Source of the DNA: Paraspadella gotoi
Taxonomy: Eukaryota; Animalia; Chaetognatha
Assembly (NCBI GenBank): GCA_051294375.1
Contig: JBJCIZ010000064.1
Location: 48,251 to 76,592 of the forward strand
DNA: 28,342 nt
Direction of reading: 5' to 3'
The notes under the pieces are model-generated. The model was not told the origin of the DNA and did not search any database. It saw only the letters and a list, made by a program, of their open reading frames with translations. Position numbers and translations under genes: made by a program. Positions 21,443-28,342 of the stretch are shown in pieces. The first letter of the stretch is position 1. Every line of letters starts with the position of its first letter.

Positions 21443-24374
21443 TTAATATGTAAACATTAGAAACCATACAGTATTGAGACGGTATTCGTTTAAACTGTTC
21501 CATGTGTGCGCAAATAGTCCGTCTTCGAGATCCCGAGACGCCTCCAATGAACTTGTGTTCTCCAACATTCCTTCCCTTTTTCTAAGTTGGTCGAGCCCGA
21601 CCAACGACACGATCTTCCGGAAAATCGGTAGCAAAACTTTAAAACTCGAGATTCGGTAATGAACGATGGAAGAAGAGCGGTGAAGAACGGCCGTTGAGTT
21701 CCCCATAAAATGGAGCCCACGCGGACAATAACAGCGCCTCCCGTTACTTTCTGGCATGACGTCCATCGTCGCGTCCCAACCTCGCTCAATGCAGACCATT
21801 TTCGGCATCAATCCAGATTCTGCGGTGCCAAGAGCGTTCTCGTCGAAAGAAGGTCGAATAAGGGAATCTTTTTAAAGGTGACGAGGACGAGACTGTTGAG
21901 GAATTCGAAATCTTCATCGCAATCTTTGAAGACTTTGCGACATTTTTGCCAGGAGCCGAATGACAAGATCCTGCCTATTGGCAATATATTGTGCATGAAA
22001 TCGATGTCAGTCTTTTCCCAATCCGGGCAGAGGTCGGTGATCAAACGACGCTGTAGATCTCCGGAATCTCAAAATGCTCTTTGGAAGAATTCGAGTTGGT
22101 TTTCCCTTTGAATGTAATTGTTCCATCCGTCCTTTTCCTCGCAACGATAGGGGTGGCTATGGAGGACTGATTAAGCCGGCTCTTTGCAGTGATGGAGCGA
22201 AGGAGTCGTGTTCACGCAGGAGGAAAGGATTTTGTGGCAATCTCCTGAAGTCGCAAAAGAAAGAGCGACGGCGAGTTAAACTCAATTCCACTACGCATTC
22301 GCAGCCATTTTTGAAACAAACGGTTCTCTCCTGGCTGCGATTGCTGTTTGACAGGAAAAGTAACTATAGTCGTATTCCTCGATCCTCTCAGAGGAAGGCT
22401 TCTAAGTCAAAATATCGGTGCGCGGCTCATTTAAACAAATTATGTCGAGTAAGTCGTGGAACAGAGGAGAATTAGCAACCTCTGAAAACATTTTGTTCGG
22501 CATGAACCGGCCCAACACGATAGTTGGAAAAACTTTTCCTTAAAGTTGTTGATGCTCGTTTAATGATTTTTATGAAAACCTGTTGAATCGCAAGTTTTTT
22601 CGCAAAAATCAAATCTTTTCGCCATGTAGTAGCGAAAACGAATCCTATTCACCAGAAGAAAATTTTCGGCCTTGGTCGAACTCCTGGCAGCCGCCTTTCT
22701 AATACTATGGGTTCGATCTGGTCGTTCTCGATTGTTCGTTTTATATTCGCGTTTTGATGAGAAAAATCAATCCAACAGGCACGTCTATCGTCGGAGCACC
22801 AGAAAATATCCCACTGGTACGAGAGAATGAAAGACAGCTTTGTCCCAAGGTCTTTCTCTTCGATCGGAATCGCTGTAACAAAAACAAAATCATTGTAGGC
22901 AGCCCGTGTTGGAAAGAAGCCAAACATGGGGCAAAGCCGAGGAAGGTACGCTTTTCGCAGATTATTTTGTTTCCTTTTGGGCATTGTGAAACGAAGGATC
23001 TTGACCCATACCTCTATCGTCTTCGCTGTTAGTCTGTTTTCTCTCGGTTCTGTTATAGGAATCATGCTGAAGCTCCGCGCGATTTGCATTTTGTCAGAGC
23101 TTTGGAGCCGGCAACTTTTTTTTGGCGGGTATCCTATAATTTTCTCTCTCTGTCGCCGATCATTCGGTCGGTAGTCTGGTTATTTGAGCAGAGATGGGCC
23201 GTGGGGTTTGCTCTGTATCGAGTATTGTCTGCTTTATTTACTGGCGCATAGTTTCTCCGTTCCGTCAGTAGGTAATTCTTAACTGGACCTTTGGGCTAAT
23301 CGAAATGGTTACTTTTTCAGGGTCTTGTCCACTCTTTTTCTTCTTTTTTGCCTGGAGAGTCTAGAGCTGCGGCTTGATGCCTCGCGATTTCTACGTTGCT
23401 TTTTCTGTTGTCGGTTTTCTTGGAAATTATGTCGTATTAGCTTGACTTGTATGGGTATCTCTGTCAACTTGTTCTGTTTTCGAGGTGGATGATTCAGGTG
23501 GATAATGTAGCACTCTGACTCTTCCTTTAAGTATCAGTCTAAGTCTTACCTCGACAAAGAACATTTGGATATTTAAGTGTACTGTTCTTATTTTCTTTTC
23601 AAATTCTTTTTATAATATCTGCAATTTGCTTTTTTCATGGCGTGTCGCACCCATCCGGTCTCAATCAGCTTTTTCTGCGTATTCGGTTCACTTCTTGAAT
23701 TTCGAAAGTTAATTGTGGCGTTTGCACTGGTTCTGAGCACCGCGACGCTGTTTTTCTCATGATCACTTTGCGGGCTGTCTTTCCTCGTAAGCTTTGACGA
23801 CGCTGAGCGAGTGTAGTCGTTGATCGGAAAGGCATGGTTGCCAACTTTCTCTCGCGAAGCAGTAGAGGTAGACCCAGGAATCCAAGCAGGTCTCTGTAGC
23901 ATCCCTTGAGGCACGAGCGTCAAGAGCCTGCGTATACCAGCTGTTCTGAGGACAGCGGCGGATCGTTCCTCTGCAAAATCAGACGTATGATCCCTGTGGG
24001 TAGCCTCGCTTATCCAAAAAACGCATCACAAAAGACGAAGTGAAGAAAAAGGCCAATGAGACCTGAAACTCATGGGCCCATTGTTCCTGACTGGACGAAG
24101 CGACGCAATTCCCGGGAGGGCTTGACCAACTTTGCAAAATCCATAGAGGTCATCACCTCGATGTAACGAATATTCACTGCCTTGTATGAGCGGAATTGAC
24201 AGGTTTCGCCAAGTTCCACGCAGATTCTTTCTCTGACATTTTTGCTACAAATATCACCTTTCGGTGTAGAAGAATTTGGGTGAAAGATGACTGGGGACGC
24301 CCTCGCTCAAACAAGATTCCGCGACGAAAATTTCAATTGATAGACAACATTCACTCTTCCTTCCAACTTTCGCG
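21443..24374 (-). CDS. Large hypothetical protein, frameshifted, 5' end lost in the N gap
   Basis: A chain of minus-strand ORFs (23588-23923, 22649-23089, 22741-22923, 21808-22044, 21443-21811) plus an open frame at ~24300-24073. A S/T/R/K-rich disordered-looking middle precedes a hydrophobic globular-looking C-terminus (ITDLCPDWEKTDIDFMHNILPIGRILSFGSWQKCRKVF...). Confidence 0.45.
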
Positions 24375-24399
24375 NNNNNNNNNNNNNNNNNNNNNNNNN
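24375..24399. other. 25-N placeholder gap joining the gene-dense block to repeat copy 2
   Basis: Exactly 25 N, as at 1923 and 6190. The adjacency across this gap is not supported by sequence. Confidence 0.95.
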
Positions 24400-24409
24400 G
24401 GAAGAGAGA

Positions 24410-27400
24410 TCAATGATGCGCTTTAACTGAAACTCAATGCGCCCATAGATGGACCGAGGATACTTATCTAGTGGGTAACTCACTTACGGGCAAAATCTGG
24501 CAGCACAGGTATTTTAAGAAAGCCATAAGAAATTTTTTAGTATCTGAGTCAGACGCAAAAATTGCGAGATGGTTTCTTCCTGCGGATATGGGAATGTTGA
24601 AAGTGTCCTCATCAATTCAATCATGCAGCTACAGTCTTAAATCATTTTCTTTTGAATCAAGAAAATAATCTATGTGGCTGTAATATATTTCATTAGTGTA
24701 TATAAAAGTATTTTTTTAAAAAGAATTAAATTCAAATCTGTGCAATGATCCTTAACCTTTTATGAAGAGCTGTGAAAAGTTAGTCGTCCAACGAAGAAGA
24801 TGCAGCCGAAAGATTTTTTCGTTATTTTTTTGTTATAAGATGTTCTACGCCAAAAGCAGCATAAGGCAAGATACTTTATTTATCAATGCTCAATGAGAAA
24901 ATTTTTAAAAAAGAAATTAAATTGGTGAGGTGTGGGTTTATTAAACTTTCTTAATGACTGTAAAATACATGTGGATGTCATAGGGACTGGTGTTTGGTTA
25001 GGGGGAGTTGGGGTTTAAGAAGGGTTACGAAGCAGCCACCTAAACAGTGCCCTTGGGTGGTATTACTAAACGGCATGCCCTGGGACTCTCCTCTGATATG
25101 CAAAATATAATTTTCAGTGTTTTTAATACTTATAGCATTTTATACTATAAGGTATTAATTAATAAGGTAGCTCCATGATTTTACTCTTGCTTTACAGACT
25201 GCAAGAGAGAGAGAAAAATGTTTTATTTCATCGCTTATCTTGCATCACTCTGACGCATCAAAGAACTTGGCCTGAACGATGATTTTCGTCCATAGCAAAG
25301 CGGTCACCATAAGATCCGGATTTATCGCTTACATATGGGATAGAGGACCATATCTAATAAGTATAAGACTAATATATCCCAGCGGGATCTTATACGGATA
25401 TTAATTGTTATGATTATATATCATTTTATTGTATAGTATATATATATAAATATTATATGAAGAGGGCATTTTAATTTAATATTGGGATAGTGATGAGAGA
25501 AGAAGTACTTTGGTTTTAACACGAGGTTGTAACGTCCATATTTTGGATGCAGATCTCCTCGCGGATTAACGAACTTGTGAAATTCAACAAAGAAAAAAAA
25601 TCCATAGCAAGGTGAAGCGAAGTAACAATGAAAAGTTGCCGCTTACCTGGTATTACAATCATATACCAATTTGTCTTTAATTAAATTATTGTATGAATCA
25701 AATTTCAATAAAATAGTCTTCAAGAAATTTGTACGGTTTCCTTATATGGGGGAGTAGTAAAGTTAGATATGATACTATGGTGTAATGCCGCTTTGTGTTG
25801 TTTATTACCTTATAATTTTTTATATTAAGGTTGATATCCAGTCTATCGACACTCACGACCGCTGGTAAGAATGGCAAACAACTACAACGCTATTTAAAAG
25901 GCAGTATGAAACTAAAAGGTAAGATTATTTAATATATTTCAAATAAATGTTATCTTTTTGTTGATAACATCAAATGCAATCACTTGGTTAATTGAATTAT
26001 AGCATGAGCTTGCAAAAAGTAAATAGATTTTTGTTATGAAAATATGCCTTACCTGTTACGCAGAATCTAATGATCTTATATAATATAATTAGGCCGATGC
26101 ATTCCACCGTGTCGCGTTTCCGAAAGACACCAAAAAAAATGCTTACTCTAATTACTATATCTGATAAAGTTAATTCATTAGTTAAGTCATTAGTTAGACG
26201 AACTCTAGGCGTTATTTGGTTAAATTTCATTTCAATTTTTTGTTTAACATATTAACAATTTATTAAATGCTATTCGATGCATTTAAGATCATTTTAAATC
26301 ATTAAAAAATAACCTCGGCTAGTTTAAATGGCGTATTTGAATATCATTGTAAACATTTGCTTGTCAGCAGTCCCGAACTCTTATAATTCACTTTGTCAGT
26401 CGGCGTCGGTGCGCCGCCGTACCCCTCGCCATATTGTCGGGCTCTCACTATATCGATGTCAGAAACATCGAATTATGATAAATGTGTCAAATATAAATTA
26501 TAATTAAATCAGTCAATTAATATAATCAAAACAAACAATTCGGATCAAGTTAATTATTTTAATTAATTAACATTGAATAATATCTAATTAACTTCAATTA
26601 TTTAAATTACGCGGATAATGATACGTGGGCAGATCCAGACATTGTTTGCTCAACAACTTGTTTATTATTGTAATCTTAAGGTCCAATTAAAAAAAGATGA
26701 CTGTCTAAGCATATTCTTGGGATTCTCGCGAAAAAATTTAATTTTATATTGTAAAAATTTCCAGTTTACTGCTTCTATTTAATGGTGTATCTGAATTCTC
26801 AATACATTTGAATATTTAATGAATAATTAATTTATAAAGATTTTTTTTTTTAAGTTTTTTTTATTGAAAAACGAAATTGGAATGATCTTTAAAAAAGGTT
26901 TCTTTACATGAGTAATATGTTAAATTACTTTTAATGAAAATTAGGACATAATAAAATGCTCCAGTACTTTGCTACAAGATGGCTGAAATTCATTCATCTC
27001 AACGAGAAATTGTAAGCAATTTTTTGGTGTCACCGCGATACGGACACAGGGTATTTTGTCAGTTAGGCTCTGTCTCAATAACCGCTGATTTCCAAAGTTT
27101 GATAAGTTAGTGATATTAGTGTGGGTTCATTGTAGATTCCATAATTATCAACGTGGCCTTTAAACTTGTTTTTTATATATCAATGTTTCTCCTAGTACAA
27201 GACTGTTCATAATCAACTATTCAAATTTTGATCGGCAACTTTCACTACGCCTTACTGTCACATAAGTAAATATTCAATTAATTTAATGAAATTTAGATAG
27301 GAATAATAAATGTGCTGTAAAATGGTAGGAAAAAATATTCAAAACATTCATTTTTTTGTGACATGGGGTAGTTTGCTGGATCTTGTTTTTTTTACAGATA

Positions 27401-28342
27401 GGCTGTCCCACGAGACCCTTCTTTAGTATTTTATATTCTGTGTAACATAACTTGGAAGTTCAAGATTATAAACGAAAGGTAAAAAAATAATTGCCAAATA
27501 AACTAATGTCATACTTATGCGTGATCAAAATTGCTGCATAAATCGTGTGAGCGAATTTTTAGTTAAATGAAATAACAATAAAATGTTCATTTTTAAAAAA
27601 AAATATTAATGCAGTTCAACCGCTTCACATTATCTTGATTTGTTGCTACGCATTTTATTCATAAATTTAAGGATGCCGACATCAAATTTATCAACCAACA
27701 CTCAACAACGGTCGGTATAGCAGACTCAAATCAAATCAAGAGCATTTGACCCTCGGTATAACAAACGTGTTCAGGTAAAGAAACTTTAATCAATGTTTAT
27801 TTCTATTGCATCAAATGATACTTTTTAATTCTATATTTTTGAAAATATTTAGGCCAATCCGAATGCACTGATCTCAATTACAACAAGGTTTTCTCAAGAA
27901 AAACTCTTAATCACTGCGTATCTATATCTTTTCTGATTTGGAAAGTTTAAGGAATTATGCTTTTTGTAAATGTTTTAATTCAAAGAAATAAAAACAAGAA
28001 CAATTGAACATACACATGTTTCAAGTTTGTAATTGCGAAAAGTACATGGTTGTTAGTGACTGTGCTTGATCTGGGCCAGAGTAGATGAACTTGGTTCAGG
28101 TTTTGTTTTCGTGCATTGAACAATAATATGATTAATGCTTNNNNNNNNNNNNNNNNNNNNNNNNNNNNNNNNNNNNNNNNNNNNNNNNNNNNNNNNNNNN
28201 NNNNNNNNNNNNNNNNNNNNNNNNNNNNNNNNNNNNNNNNNNNNNNNNNNNNNNNNNCTCATATTTATTTTCGCTTTAATTATAAGTACTTTTTAATCAT
28301 AGAAAATTGTATTGAGGTTTCAAATTTGATCTCTTAATAGAC
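24410..28342 (+). repeat. Long direct repeat, copy 2 (empty at both insertion sites)
   Basis: Begins just after the 25-N gap at 24375-24399 and runs to the window end, so its true boundaries are not visible. It is insertion-rich relative to copy 1, especially over 24410-26700. Confidence 0.95.

Noticed and set aside
23500-23640. Homeodomain-like start (SKLQIL.KEFEK)
   Set aside because: No WFxNRR recognition helix follows in any frame I read.
7880-24374. Assignment as Polinton/adintovirus, polydnavirus segment or herpes-like element, or as a set of pseudogenes
   Set aside because: No pPolB, integrase, capsid, terminase, terminal inverted repeats or known polydnavirus gene families were recognised. 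The indel noise between the repeat copies suggests sequencing error, so pseudogene status cannot be claimed.
1-28342. CRISPR array, rRNA or prokaryotic operon
   Set aside because: No regularly spaced repeats or rRNA motifs; splice sites and a C/EBP gene indicate a eukaryotic context.

Overview
This is AT-rich eukaryotic DNA, probably from an invertebrate, in a gap-filled assembly. It has seven N-runs, three of them exactly 25 N, and pervasive single-base indels typical of unpolished long reads, so most genes appear frameshifted. The window has two parts. (1) A ~3.9-kb segment occurs twice in direct orientation (about 1468-7601 and 24410-28342) and carries exons of an unidentified spliced gene. 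The first copy has two extra insertions absent from the second: a ~770-bp TRIM/LTR-like element and a ~1.5-kb insert flanked by an unusually long ~63-bp direct duplication. (2) Between the copies lies a ~16.5-kb block (about 7880-24374), much of it CpG-rich, densely packed with about a dozen head-to-head and tail-to-tail genes. Only one is clearly recognisable: an intronless C/EBP-family bZIP factor (9877-10472). A neighbouring gene has an internally repeated, tentatively Bro-N-like module. My best inference is an endogenous fragment of an uncharacterised large DNA virus or giant mobile element. I could not identify a polymerase, capsid, integrase or transposase, and the flanking duplication may be an assembly or haplotype artefact.
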